Positions 8,188 to 18,060 of a stretch of DNA of 64,000 bases are shown here, one piece after another; positions within the stretch are counted from its first letter, which is position 1; each line of letters opens with the position of its first letter. The notes under the pieces were generated by a model. The model had not been told where the DNA came from and searched no databases. It saw nothing but the letters and a program-made list of their open reading frames with translations. This DNA is from Nitrospiraceae bacterium (lineage in GTDB: Bacteria; Nitrospirota; Thermodesulfovibrionia; UBA6902). Location: the NCBI GenBank assembly GCA_003599505.1, contig QZKO01000067.1, positions 37,114 through 101,113 of the forward strand, written 5' to 3'. Both the position numbers and the translations under genes were made by a program.

Positions 8188-10467
8188 TTGACATTAACCG
8201 GCAGACTTCATGCACGCAGAATCCTGACCTTTTTTTTTCTCGCGGCATTATTTTCCCTTATAACCATTCCCCGGGTTTCAGCAGAGTCCGGACCTGTCAT
8301 CAACTCTATAGAATTGAAGGGAAACAGGAAGATCGGCAGCGAAACGATACACGCCAGAATAAAAAGCAGGGCCGGGGAGCCCTTTTCAAAAGATACCGTC
8401 CGGGAAGACATAACACGCCTGTATACCCTGGGTTACTTTGACGATATCAGGGTTGAAATCGATTCGTTCGAAGGCGGCGTCAGTCTCATTTTCATCATTA
8501 CTGAAAAACCGTCCATAACCGCCATTGATTTCCAGGGGAACAAAGAATATGAAGTCAAAGACCTGAAAGAAAAGATAGCCATAACCCCCGGCGCGATCGC
8601 CGACCTGACTTTGATAGCCGACAATGCCCTGAAACTGGCGTCTTTCTATCAGTCCGAAGGATACTGGCTCGTGAAAGTGCTTCCGGTCCTCAGGGAGATC
8701 TCAAAAGATTCAGTGGCCCTCACCTACCAGATCGACGAAGGACCGAAAGTCATAATCGGAGATATAACGGTAGAAGGTAATAAGGCCGTACCGGGAAAAG
8801 AAATCCTTAAGGTCATGAAGACAAAAGAGAGAGGCCTTTTCTCATTCATAACCGGTACAGGCATTTATCAAAAGGAAGAGATAGTCGCGGACCTCCGCAG
8901 GATCAGGGAGCTGTATCAGAACAAAGGCTTTATCTATGCCGCTGTTTCAGAACCGGAAATCACCCTCAGTCCCGACAGGAAAAAGCTCTCCATAAAAATT
9001 TTTATCTCGGAAGGAGACCGGTATAAAGTCGGCGAGCTGAAGGTTGCGGGCAACAGGGTATTCTCTTCCGGTGAACTGCTCCCCGACATGAAAACCGCTT
9101 CCGGACAGGTCTTCAACAGAAGCGCCTTAAGGTCCGACATTGACGGACTGATAGACCGTTATATGGAAAAGGGCTACGCGCAGGCGGACATCAATCCGCT
9201 TATCGACGTCGACGCCGGAAACAGGATTGCCAATATCACCCTGTCCGTAACCGAAGGAGAAATATTCCGGATCGGCAGGATAGAGATCTCGGGCAACACA
9301 AAGACCCGTGATAAGGTGGTCAGGAGAGAAATAAGGCTTGACGAAGGAGACGTTTTCAACAAGAAACTTCTGAAGAGGAGTTACCAGAGGATAAACAACC
9401 TCAACTTCTTTGAAACTGTCGATATTACCCCTTACCCGCGTCCACAGGAGAACCTCATCGACCTTGACGTAAAGGTAAAGGAAAAATTGACGGGCATGCT
9501 CAGCATCGGCGGCGGCTACAGCTCCGTTGATAAATTTATGGTCATGGGAGAGATAACGCAGGGGAACCTTTTCGGGAAAGGTCTTTATCTCAAATTCAAG
9601 GCCGACCTGAGCGCAAGGAGGTCGAATTACAATATCTCCCTGAGAGACCCCTGGTTCATGGACCAGCCCGTATCAGCGTCAATCAGTCTTTTTAACGAGT
9701 CTTTCGAATATCCGGATTATGACAAAAAGTCCACGGGCGGCACTATTGGTTTCGGGAAAGAAATCTCGGAATACGTCGGGGGGAATATTACATACAACAT
9801 TGAAACAGTTGAAATTACGGATGTATCCGACACCGCGTCATCCCTCATCAGGGAACAGGAAGGCAGAAAGCTCACCAGCAGCATAAGCCCTTCGATATGG
9901 AAAGATACCCGTGATAATTACATAGACCCCTCAAACGGTTACAGACACGCGCTTTACACGACCTTCGCGGGTCTCGGCGGCGACAATTACTATGTAAAAG
10001 GGCTGGCTGATTCGGTATGGTATTTTCCGCTGAAATGGAATACCGTATTCGGTTTCCGGGGACGTCTCGGCTACGCAACGGGCTTTGCGGGAGAAGAGCT
10101 TCCCCTGTATGAAAGATTTTATGTAGGCGGAATCAATACGGTAAGGGGGCTCGGGTTCGGCGAAGGGGGACCGAGAAACGAGGAAGGAGAAAAGGTCGGC
10201 GGCAATCTTGAAATGATATTCAACGCCGAATATATCTTCCCTCTTGTAGAGGATATCAGGCTCAAAGGGGTGGTCTTCTTTGACTACGGCAGCTCCTTTG
10301 ATAAAAATGATAAATTTTCCCTGAGTGATATGCGGGGCACAACCGGCTTCGGCTTCAGGTGGATTTCTCCTTTCGGACCTCTAAGGCTGGAATGGGGGTT
10401 CAACCCTGACCCGAGAGATGATGAAAGCAGAAGCAAACTCGAATTCTCATTGGGAGGATTCTTTTAG
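8188..10467 (+). CDS. bamA: Outer membrane protein assembly factor BamA
   Basis: POTRA repeats, RFYVGGINTVRG loop 6, terminal Phe; probable TTG start 8188 after AAGGAG; bamA-skp-lpxD synteny. Confidence 0.95.
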   Translation: MTLTGRLHARRILTFFFLAALFSLITIPRVSAESGPVINSIELKGNRKIGSETIHARIKSRAGEPFSKDTVREDITRLYTLGYFDDIRVEIDSFEGGVSLIFIITEKPSITAIDFQGNKEYEVKDLKEKIAITPGAIADLTLIADNALKLASFYQSEGYWLVKVLPVLREISKDSVALTYQIDEGPKVIIGDITVEGNKAVPGKEILKVMKTKERGLFSFITGTGIYQKEEIVADLRRIRELYQNKGFIYAAVSEPEITLSPDRKKLSIKIFISEGDRYKVGELKVAGNRVFSSGELLPDMKTASGQVFNRSALRSDIDGLIDRYMEKGYAQADINPLIDVDAGNRIANITLSVTEGEIFRIGRIEISGNTKTRDKVVRREIRLDEGDVFNKKLLKRSYQRINNLNFFETVDITPYPRPQENLIDLDVKVKEKLTGMLSIGGGYSSVDKFMVMGEITQGNLFGKGLYLKFKADLSARRSNYNISLRDPWFMDQPVSASISLFNESFEYPDYDKKSTGGTIGFGKEISEYVGGNITYNIETVEITDVSDTASSLIREQEGRKLTSSISPSIWKDTRDNYIDPSNGYRHALYTTFAGLGGDNYYVKGLADSVWYFPLKWNTVFGFRGRLGYATGFAGEELPLYERFYVGGINTVRGLGFGEGGPRNEEGEKVGGNLEMIFNAEYIFPLVEDIRLKGVVFFDYGSSFDKNDKFSLSDMRGTTGFGFRWISPFGPLRLEWGFNPDPRDDESRSKLEFSLGGFF

Positions 10468-10533
10468 CTGTAAGCGATAAGCTGAGTTGTTTGCTGCTGC
10501 TTACAGCTTATCGCTTATGGCTTATAGCTTATT
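10467..10533 (+). repeat. Inverted pair of heptamer runs between bamA and skp
   Basis: GCTGTAA GCGATAA GC ... GCTTACA GCTTATC GCTTATG GCTTATA GCTTATT. Confidence 0.85.
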
Positions 10534-10554
10534 ACGATTTTAAAAGGAGGTTGT

Positions 10555-11091
10555 ATGAAAAAAACAGTCCTGGCATTCAGTATCGTTCTGCTATTTGCGC
10601 TCGGCGTCCAGGCAGCGGAGATGAAGATCGGTTATATGGATTTATACAAAGCACTGAACGAATCGGCGCGCGGGACAGAGGCCAAAAAAACGCTCGAAGA
10701 CCTGATAGAGTCCAAGAAGAACGCTATAGGGAAGGTCGCCGCTGAAATTGAAAAAATCCAGGCAGAGATCGAAAAGCAGGCCTCAATCCTTACGCCGGAG
10801 TCAAGAAAAGACAAGGAAGAACAGAGGGAAAAACTGCGCAGGGAGTACCAGCGGATGGCACAGGATTCCCAGGAAGAACTGAAGAAAAAAGAAACAGACC
10901 TTACGCAGGAGATACTTAAAGAACTTGCCGAACTCACTCAGAAAGTCGGTGAAGAAGACGGTTATTCGGTAATTTTCGAAAAATCTGAAAGCGGCATCAT
11001 GTACATACCGGAAAAGTTCGACATCACGGACAAGGTAATTAAAAGATATAACGAAATGTCGAAGACGGAAAAGAAGGGCGACAAGAAATAG
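10555..11091 (+). CDS. skp: Periplasmic chaperone Skp/OmpH
   Basis: Signal peptide, KIGYMD start, coiled coil, DITDKVI end. Confidence 0.9.
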   Translation: MKKTVLAFSIVLLFALGVQAAEMKIGYMDLYKALNESARGTEAKKTLEDLIESKKNAIGKVAAEIEKIQAEIEKQASILTPESRKDKEEQREKLRREYQRMAQDSQEELKKKETDLTQEILKELAELTQKVGEEDGYSVIFEKSESGIMYIPEKFDITDKVIKRYNEMSKTEKKGDKK

Positions 11092-11100
11092 GCAACCTCT

Positions 11101-11129
11101 GTAGGGGCGACCCGCCGGGTCGCCCCTAC
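11101..11129 (+). repeat. REP-like palindrome with GTAG foot
   Basis: GTAGGGGCGACCC-GCC-GGGTCGCCCCTAC, perfect 13-bp arms. Confidence 0.9.
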
Positions 11130-11141
11130 TCTAAACCCTAT

Positions 11142-12143
11142 ATGAAACTCAAAGAACTGGCGGACATCATTGGCGGGGAAATTTCAGGTAATCCTGATGT
11201 TGAAATTACCGGGGCAGCCGGCATAAAAGAAGCGGGAGGGAGTGATATCACTTTCCTTGCGGGCAAAAAATATCTGAACGATCTTTTAAGCTCAAAGGCC
11301 GCGGCGGTAATTATAAAGGACGACATACCCGGTCTGTCAGCTACCCGGCTCCTGTCCGGCAACCCGTATTTTACTTTCGCGAAGGCATTGGAGACGCTCT
11401 ATGGAAAACCTCCTGTCCCCGCGGGCGTCAGCGACGGGGCCTTCGTATGCGAAAATGTGAGCTTCGGAAATAAGGTAACAATATATCCCGGAGCTTATAT
11501 AAGCAGCGGGGCTGTGCTCGGGTCGCGTGTTATGATATATCCCGGGGTGTATATCGGTGAAGGTTCCACAATAGGAGACGACTCCCTGGTGTACCCGAAC
11601 GTGACGATAAGGGAAAAAGTCAGAATAGGCAGAAAAGTAATAATTCACGCGGGCGCCGTCATAGGCGCTGACGGTTTCGGTTATGTGTTCGAAAAAGGAG
11701 CGCATTACAAAATCCCCCAGATAGGCGGAGTGATAATTGAAGATAACGTTGAAATAGGCGCTAATGTTACCATCGACAGGGCGACAACAGGGAACACCGT
11801 CATAGGCGCCGGAACAAAAATAGACAACCTCGTCCAGATAGCCCATAATGCCAGGATAGGCAAAAACTGTATAATAGTTGCACAGGTCGGTATAAGCGGG
11901 AGCGTTGAAATGGGCAATGGGGTTGTGCTTGCAGGTCAGGCCGGCGTAAAAGACCATGTGAAAATCGGCAACGGCGTTATCATCAGCGCTCAGTCCGGGG
12001 TTACGGGAGATGTCCCTGACGGGCAAATACACTCCGGAATGCCGGCCATCCCGCATAAGACCTGGCTCCGGGCGCAGAGCATTTACGCGAAACTGCCGGA
12101 ATATATCAGGCGTCTGCAGGAGCTTGAGAAGAAGGTTAAATAA
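11142..12143 (+). CDS. lpxD: UDP-3-O-acylglucosamine N-acyltransferase
   Basis: Hexapeptide repeats; [17 protein letters not shown]. Confidence 0.97.
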   Translation: MKLKELADIIGGEISGNPDVEITGAAGIKEAGGSDITFLAGKKYLNDLLSSKAAAVIIKDDIPGLSATRLLSGNPYFTFAKALETLYGKPPVPAGVSDGAFVCENVSFGNKVTIYPGAYISSGAVLGSRVMIYPGVYIGEGSTIGDDSLVYPNVTIREKVRIGRKVIIHAGAVIGADGFGYVFEKGAHYKIPQIGGVIIEDNVEIGANVTIDRATTGNTVIGAGTKIDNLVQIAHNARIGKNCIIVAQVGISGSVEMGNGVVLAGQAGVKDHVKIGNGVIISAQSGVTGDVPDGQIHSGMPAIPHKTWLRAQSIYAKLPEYIRRLQELEKKVK

Positions 12144-12162
12144 GGTAAGGAGGTATAAATCC

Positions 12163-12603
12163 ATGATGGACTGTCGTGAAATTCAGAAGGTCCTGCCGCA
12201 CAGGTTCCCCTTTCTTCTGGTCGACAGGATTGTTGAACTGACTCCCCGGAAAAAGGCGGTCGGGCTGAAAAACGTAACAATCAACGAGCCTTTTTTTCAG
12301 GGGCATTTCCCGGATTACCCTATTATGCCAGGCGTATTGATCGTAGAGGCCATGGCGCAGGTTGCGGGAATTCTGGCGTCGCAGTCAGGGGCCCAGGGGA
12401 ATACCGTATATTTCATGAGCATCGAGAAGGCAAAATTCAGAAAACCCGTCGTTCCGGGCGACCAGCTCCGTTTTGAGGTCAGCGTCCTTCAGCAGAGAAA
12501 CAATGTGTGGAAATTCGCCGCTGAAGCGCGCGTCGACGACAAGCTTGCCGCTGAAGCCGAATTCACGGCAATGGTATCGGAAGGGGAGATGAAAAATGTC
12601 TGA
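12163..12603 (+). CDS. fabZ: 3-hydroxyacyl-ACP dehydratase
   Basis: LPHRFPFLLVD, FFQGHFP, PGVLIVEAMAQ; ATG 12163 after AGGAGG. Confidence 0.97.
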   Translation: MMDCREIQKVLPHRFPFLLVDRIVELTPRKKAVGLKNVTINEPFFQGHFPDYPIMPGVLIVEAMAQVAGILASQSGAQGNTVYFMSIEKAKFRKPVVPGDQLRFEVSVLQQRNNVWKFAAEARVDDKLAAEAEFTAMVSEGEMKNV

Positions 12604-13375
12604 ACCGAAAATTCATCAGACCGCAATCGTATCACCTGACGCGATAATCTCGGAAGGGGTTGAAATAGGCCCTTACAGCGTTGTCGGCGATAACGTTAAA
12701 ATCGGCAGGAACACAAAACTCATCTCGCATGTGGTAATTGAAGAAAGCGAGATCGGGCAAAACTGCCGCGTATATCCCTTTGCCACAATAGGTCTCCCTC
12801 CGCAGGACATGAAATACAGGGGAGAAAAAACAAAGGTTAAAATCGGAGACAATAACATCCTGAGAGAATATATAAATATTCATCGCGCCTCTGTTGGCGG
12901 AGAGGGCGCGACGGTAATCGGCAACGATAATTTTCTCATGGCTTATGTCCATATCGCGCATGACTGCAGGATCGGCAATAATATTATTATGGCAAACGCT
13001 ACAACCCTGGCAGGGCATGTTGTGGTGGAAGATTTTGTATTCATCGGCGGTCTGGTAGCGGTCCATCAGTTTGCAAGGATCGGGGCCTATTCCATGATAG
13101 GCGGCTTCAGCGCGATCCCGCAGGATATCCCCCCTTACACGACAGCGGCCGGAGAAAGGGCCAGGCTTTACGGTCTGAACACTGTCGGCCTGAAACGACG
13201 CGATTTCACCGATACGACAATCAGCGACCTGAAGAAGGCGTACAGGATACTCTTCCGCAGCAAACTCACTCTCAAGGATGCTATTGATAAGGTAAGGCAT
13301 GATTTAGGCAGGTCCGAGGAAGTCAAAAAACTCGTTGAGTTTATCGAAAAAAATAAAAGGGGTATATGCAGGTAA
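12596..13375 (+). CDS. lpxA: Acyl-ACP--UDP-GlcNAc(3N) acyltransferase
   Basis: PQDMKY, MAYVHIAHDC, GLNTVGL motifs. Confidence 0.97.
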   Translation: MSEPKIHQTAIVSPDAIISEGVEIGPYSVVGDNVKIGRNTKLISHVVIEESEIGQNCRVYPFATIGLPPQDMKYRGEKTKVKIGDNNILREYINIHRASVGGEGATVIGNDNFLMAYVHIAHDCRIGNNIIMANATTLAGHVVVEDFVFIGGLVAVHQFARIGAYSMIGGFSAIPQDIPPYTTAAGERARLYGLNTVGLKRRDFTDTTISDLKKAYRILFRSKLTLKDAIDKVRHDLGRSEEVKKLVEFIEKNKRGICR

Positions 13376-14235
13376 AAACAGGGGCCAGGGGCCAGGGGCA
13401 AGAAGCCAGGGACGGAAAAGGCGTTCCCCCCCTCCTTGCTGTCATTGCCGGAATGGGGAAGCTTCCGGCTGCCCTGGCAACGGAGGCAAAAAAAATGGGT
13501 TACAGGGTCACGGGGATCGCGCTGCAGCCTCCAGCCGACGAATCGCTCAGCGCCTGCGTGGATGACTTCCACAAAATCAGCATCGGCCGTTTCGGCGGCC
13601 TGATAAGCCTCCTCAGGAAATTATCCGTCAGGGACGCGGTAATGGCCGGAAAGGTCCCGAAGGGACTTCTTTACAGGCACAGAATAGTTCCTGACATTAA
13701 GGCCGTCAGGCTGCTTTTTTCTTTAAGGGACCGTTCGGATGATACTATAATGAACGCGGTAGTAGAAGAGCTTGAGAAGCACGGCATCAAGATCCACAAA
13801 ACCACCGAATTCACCGGTAACCTGCTTGCGCCGGAGGGAGTAGTAACGCACAAAAAGCCTTCAAGAGATGAATTGAAAGACATCGAATTCGGCTGGAGGA
13901 TCGCCAAAGAAATGGGGCGCCTGGACATAGGGCAGACCGTCGTTATAAAGGACATGGCTGTAATGGCGGTTGAAGCTATTGAGGGGACGGATGAAGCGAT
14001 TAAAAGAGGCGGCGGCCTTGCCGGCAAAGACGCGGTGGTTGTAAAAGTAAGCAAGCCGGATCAGGACATGCGTTTTGACGTGCCTGTTGTCGGAACCGAT
14101 ACGCTTCACTCCATGAAAGGCGCCGGGGCAAAGGCGCTGGCTGTGGAAGCGGGAAAGTGCATCATTGTCGACAAAGAAATGTTTATTAAAGAAGCGGACA
14201 GAATGGGAATCGTTGTTGTCGGGGTGAAAAAATGA
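13366..14235 (+). CDS. lpxI: UDP-2,3-diacylglucosamine pyrophosphatase LpxI (DUF1009)
   Basis: DIGQTVV, AVEAIEGTD, QDMRFDVP motifs; follows lpxA. Confidence 0.9.
   Translation: MQVKTGARGQGQEARDGKGVPPLLAVIAGMGKLPAALATEAKKMGYRVTGIALQPPADESLSACVDDFHKISIGRFGGLISLLRKLSVRDAVMAGKVPKGLLYRHRIVPDIKAVRLLFSLRDRSDDTIMNAVVEELEKHGIKIHKTTEFTGNLLAPEGVVTHKKPSRDELKDIEFGWRIAKEMGRLDIGQTVVIKDMAVMAVEAIEGTDEAIKRGGGLAGKDAVVVKVSKPDQDMRFDVPVVGTDTLHSMKGAGAKALAVEAGKCIIVDKEMFIKEADRMGIVVVGVKK
13381..13411 (+). repeat. (GGGGCCA)4 heptamer run in the lpxI 5' end
   Basis: GGGGCCA GGGGCCA GGGGCAA GAAGCCA GGG. Confidence 0.8.
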
Positions 14236-14241
14236 AGGGTG

Positions 14242-14322
14242 ATAGGCAATGGGCTATGGGCTATAGGAAGAAACCCTTGCGCGCCTTTTTTTCCTATCGC
14301 CTATAGCCTATTGCCTCTTGCC
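14242..14322 (+). repeat. Inverted pair of heptamer runs after lpxI
   Basis: ATAGGCA ATGGGCT ATGGGCT ATAGG ... CCTATCG CCTATAG CCTATTG CCTCTTG CC. Confidence 0.85.
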
Positions 14323-14386
14323 TTACTGATACGGTGAAATACTATGCTGAAACAGACTTGCTCGAGGAGGAGGGGTTTTTAAAGGT

Positions 14387-15301
14387 ATGATCAACGTTGC
14401 AGTCATAGGCGTAGGTTCGATCGGAAAGCATCACGCGAGGATATTCTCCGGCATGGAAGGCGTAAGGCTCGCCGGCATTGTTGACGCGGATTTTCCCAGG
14501 GCCGTGGAATTCGCGCAAAAATATCAATGCGGGGCGTTTAACGACCATCTGAAAGTTATGGACCTGGTGGACGCGGTAAGCATCGCGGTGCCCACCACCT
14601 TTCACTTCGGGACGGCAATGGACTTTCTCGAACATAATAAACATATACTTGTCGAGAAACCGGTTACCACGACCCTCGAAGAGGCTGAAGCGCTTATTAA
14701 AGAAGCCGGGAAAAGAAACCTCATCCTGCAGGTCGGGCATCTTGAGAGGTTCAACGCGGGGGTTTCCCTCATAAGCTCCATGGTGGACAAACCCCGGTTT
14801 ATAGAATCCCGGCGTCTTTCTCCTTTTTTAGGCAGGGGCACTGATGTGGACGTAACCCTTGACTTAATGATACACGACATAGATATAATACTCAGTTTGG
14901 TTAATTCCGGGATTTCGGACATCCGCGCTACAGGGGCGAGAGTGCTGACTGAAAATATAGACGTGGCCCACGCGTGGATCGAATTTGAAAACGGCTGTAT
15001 CGCGGAGGCTGTGACGAGCAGGCTGGCGGATGAAAAGGTCCGGCAGTTGAAGGTCTTTCAGCACAATTCCTGGCTGAATCTCGATTATCAGAAACAGGAG
15101 TTGACATGTTTTACAAGACGCGACGGCAGCGCGGAAAAAGAGGTACTGAAGCCTGAAGAAAAAGAGCCCTTAAAAGAACAGCTCATTTCGTTTATCGAGT
15201 GTGTCAAAAAAGGGACCCGGCCCCTCGTATCGGGACATGAAGGCAGGGACGCGCTGAAGGTGGCGCTTAAGATATCGGAGCTGGTTAATCAAAGGATATA
15301 A
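14387..15301 (+). CDS. Gfo/Idh/MocA oxidoreductase, GnnA-like
   Basis: GxGxxG, EKP, VGHLERFN, DLMIHDID motifs; inside lpx cluster. Confidence 0.85.
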   Translation: MINVAVIGVGSIGKHHARIFSGMEGVRLAGIVDADFPRAVEFAQKYQCGAFNDHLKVMDLVDAVSIAVPTTFHFGTAMDFLEHNKHILVEKPVTTTLEEAEALIKEAGKRNLILQVGHLERFNAGVSLISSMVDKPRFIESRRLSPFLGRGTDVDVTLDLMIHDIDIILSLVNSGISDIRATGARVLTENIDVAHAWIEFENGCIAEAVTSRLADEKVRQLKVFQHNSWLNLDYQKQELTCFTRRDGSAEKEVLKPEEKEPLKEQLISFIECVKKGTRPLVSGHEGRDALKVALKISELVNQRI

Positions 15302-15326
15302 AGATAAACACAATGAACGATAACAT

Positions 15327-16463
15327 ATGATAAACATAACGAACAATAAAACAGTCATCCCCATGCTCGACGTCAAGGCCCAGCACGAGCCTCTCAAGGA
15401 AGAAATAAAGCAGGCGCTGAAAGACATCCTCGACAGCGGACAATTTATTCTCGGGCCGAATGTCAGGTCCTTTGAACAGGAAACAGCGTCATACCTCAAT
15501 GTAAAGAATGCCGCCGCGCTTGCGTCGGGCACAGACGCCCTGTATCTCAGCCTCAAGGCCCTCGGCATAAAAGAAGGCGATGAAGTCATCACAACGCCTT
15601 TCACGTTTATCGCGACTGCCGAGGCGATAACCTATGTCAACGCAACCCCGGTCTTTGTTGATATTGACAGATATACATTAAACATAGACGTATCAAAGAT
15701 AGAAGAGAAGATAACAGCGAAAACCAGGGCCGTCATCATAGTCCATTTGTTCGGACAGCCCGCCGACATGGATGAGATTATGGATCTGGCCCGTAAATAT
15801 AATCTGAAAGTAATCGAGGACTGCGCGCAGGCCTTCGGCGCGAGATATAAGGGGAAAGCTGCCGGCTGCATAGGCGACGCCGGTTGTTTCAGTTTTTACC
15901 CAAGTAAAAACCTGGGGGCTTACGGCGACGGCGGCATGATGATAACAGACCATAATGAAGTGTTTGAAAAAGTCAGGCTGCTGCGCAATCATGGGACCGT
16001 GGCCCCTTACCGTCACGGTTTCATAGGATATAACAGCAGGCTTGATGAAATCCAGGCGGCGATACTGAGAATAAAATTAAGACATATCGATGAATATAAC
16101 CGGAAGCGCGGCAATCTCGCCCGTATCTATACATCGGTCCTGAGCGGAGCTGTTCAATGCCCCGTTGAAATGACGGACCGGTCTCATGTCTATCATCAGT
16201 ACACGATCAGGACCCCGCTCAGGGACAAAGTCTCAGCCGCCCTGAAAAACAGCAATATCTCATCAGTTGTCTACTACCCTCTTCCGCTTCATTTACAGGA
16301 GGCTTTTCATTATCTCGGATACAGGAAAGGCGATTTGCCCGAGAGCGAAGCCGCCGCTGACGAAGTCCTCTCAATCCCGATCTATCCTGAACTCGAGCCT
16401 GATAAGGCGGAGATGATCTCAGAGGCAATCCTCCAGGCAGTAAGACACGGGGACGCAGGTTAG
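15327..16463 (+). CDS. DegT/DnrJ/EryC1/StrS aminotransferase, GnnB-like
   Basis: IEDCAQAFGA, SFYPSKNLGAYGDGG (PLP Lys), NSRLDEIQAA. Confidence 0.9.
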   Translation: MINITNNKTVIPMLDVKAQHEPLKEEIKQALKDILDSGQFILGPNVRSFEQETASYLNVKNAAALASGTDALYLSLKALGIKEGDEVITTPFTFIATAEAITYVNATPVFVDIDRYTLNIDVSKIEEKITAKTRAVIIVHLFGQPADMDEIMDLARKYNLKVIEDCAQAFGARYKGKAAGCIGDAGCFSFYPSKNLGAYGDGGMMITDHNEVFEKVRLLRNHGTVAPYRHGFIGYNSRLDEIQAAILRIKLRHIDEYNRKRGNLARIYTSVLSGAVQCPVEMTDRSHVYHQYTIRTPLRDKVSAALKNSNISSVVYYPLPLHLQEAFHYLGYRKGDLPESEAAADEVLSIPIYPELEPDKAEMISEAILQAVRHGDAG

Positions 16464-16645
16464 CGTCCGTCGATCTTCTCATCAAGCAAACTTATAATTC
16501 TATAAACTGTTTTTTTATTGATTTTATGAGGCAAGTCCTTTAAAATAAGACGCCTGTTACAAAATAAAACGTCAGTGCTGCAAATTGAAGCGCTCAGCAA
16601 GTCGATAAGTTCTTTACATATAAAATTTACAAGAAGGAAGGTTGT

Positions 16646-17629
16646 GTGATGTTAACCAGAATAAAGAAATATCCCGGGGCGCTTTCTCTTTTAATAATAG
16701 TTGTATGTTGCATCCTGATGTCAGGGGCTGTGTTTGTGTATGCTTCAATGGAACCCGCACCCCCTCCTCCCACGGTTTCCGATACCGCATGGTGGGTGTG
16801 GCCTCTGGGGTTATTTGTTTTCACCTTTGTGCTCGGGATTGTGGCGGTCCTCGGGGGAGTTGGAGGCGGCGTCCTGTATGTGCCTATTGTCAGCGGCTTC
16901 TTTCCTTTCCATCTTGATTTTGTGAGAGCGACAGGCCTGCTGGTTGCGTTATCCACTGCCCTGGCGGCCGGACCGGGACTTCTCAAGAGAAACCTTGCCA
17001 GCCTCAGGCTTTCCATGCCCCTGGCGCTGATCGCTTCAGCCGCTGCAATAGCAGGCGCGATGATAGGTCTTGCGCTGCCGACAAATCTGGTCCAGACACT
17101 CCTTGGAGCAACAATATTAGGGATAGTCTTCATCCTGCTCCTCGCAAAAAAATCCGACTTTCCTAATGTGCCGAAACCTGACGCGCTGTCCTCCGCATTG
17201 GGAATAATGGGAATATATCATGAGGAATCGCTCGGGAAAGACATTGAATGGCATGTCCACAGGACCCCGCAGGCCTTGTTCCTTTTTGTCGTAATAGGCC
17301 TTATGGCCGGCATGTTCGGTCTCGGCGCGGGATGGGCAAATGTACCGGTCCTGAATCTCCTCATGGGCGCGCCGTTAAAGGTATCTGTTGCCTCGAGCGT
17401 ATTTCTGCTTTCAATAACAGACACTGCCGCTGCATGGGTTTTCATAAACAAAGGCGCTGTCCTGCCCCTCATGGTAGTGCCTTCAATTGTCGGGGTCATG
17501 CTCGGCTCAAGGATAGGGGTAAGGATCCTTGCGACGGCAAAACCAAAAGCTATTAAATGGATGGTCATCGGACTACTATTTCTGTCAGGTTTGAGGTCCT
17601 TGCTGAAGGGCCTTGGAATCTGGAATTAG
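16646..17629 (+). CDS. TauE/SafE family sulfite exporter-like permease
   Basis: GVGGGVLYVP and GLGAGWANVP glycine motifs, multi-TM. Confidence 0.85.
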   Translation: MMLTRIKKYPGALSLLIIVVCCILMSGAVFVYASMEPAPPPPTVSDTAWWVWPLGLFVFTFVLGIVAVLGGVGGGVLYVPIVSGFFPFHLDFVRATGLLVALSTALAAGPGLLKRNLASLRLSMPLALIASAAAIAGAMIGLALPTNLVQTLLGATILGIVFILLLAKKSDFPNVPKPDALSSALGIMGIYHEESLGKDIEWHVHRTPQALFLFVVIGLMAGMFGLGAGWANVPVLNLLMGAPLKVSVASSVFLLSITDTAAAWVFINKGAVLPLMVVPSIVGVMLGSRIGVRILATAKPKAIKWMVIGLLFLSGLRSLLKGLGIWN

Positions 17630-17639
17630 GAGGACAAAC

Positions 17640-18059
17640 ATGAACGATAATAAACCAAAGGCGTCTGAAGAACAATTGGTGTACGCAGATCTCCTCAGTA
17701 ACGGCGCATGGACCGGGATCGGCATCCTTGTAGTGACTTTTATAATTTATGTCAGCGGACTGCTGCCGAATATCGTAGAATTCGACAAGTTACAGACCCT
17801 CTGGAAATTGCGCGCCGCCGAATACATCCATGAGACAGGCGCGCCCACGGGTTGGGGATGGACCTCCCTGCTTAATAACGGAGATATGCTTAATTTCATC
17901 GGAGTTGCCGTGCTCGCTGGAATGACAATAGTATGTTATTTGAGAGTAGTTCCGATATTTGTCAGAAAAAAGGACACCGTCTATCTCGTCATAACTTTCC
18001 TGGAGCTTTTTGTACTTTTGCTTGCAGCATCAGGAATCCTGACGGCAGGAGGTCACTAA
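17640..18059 (+). CDS. DUF1634-like membrane protein
   Basis: PTGWGW, GDMLNF motifs; usual partner of TauE; ATG 17640 after AGGAGG. Confidence 0.7.
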   Translation: MNDNKPKASEEQLVYADLLSNGAWTGIGILVVTFIIYVSGLLPNIVEFDKLQTLWKLRAAEYIHETGAPTGWGWTSLLNNGDMLNFIGVAVLAGMTIVCYLRVVPIFVRKKDTVYLVITFLELFVLLLAASGILTAGGH

Positions 18060-18060
18060 A

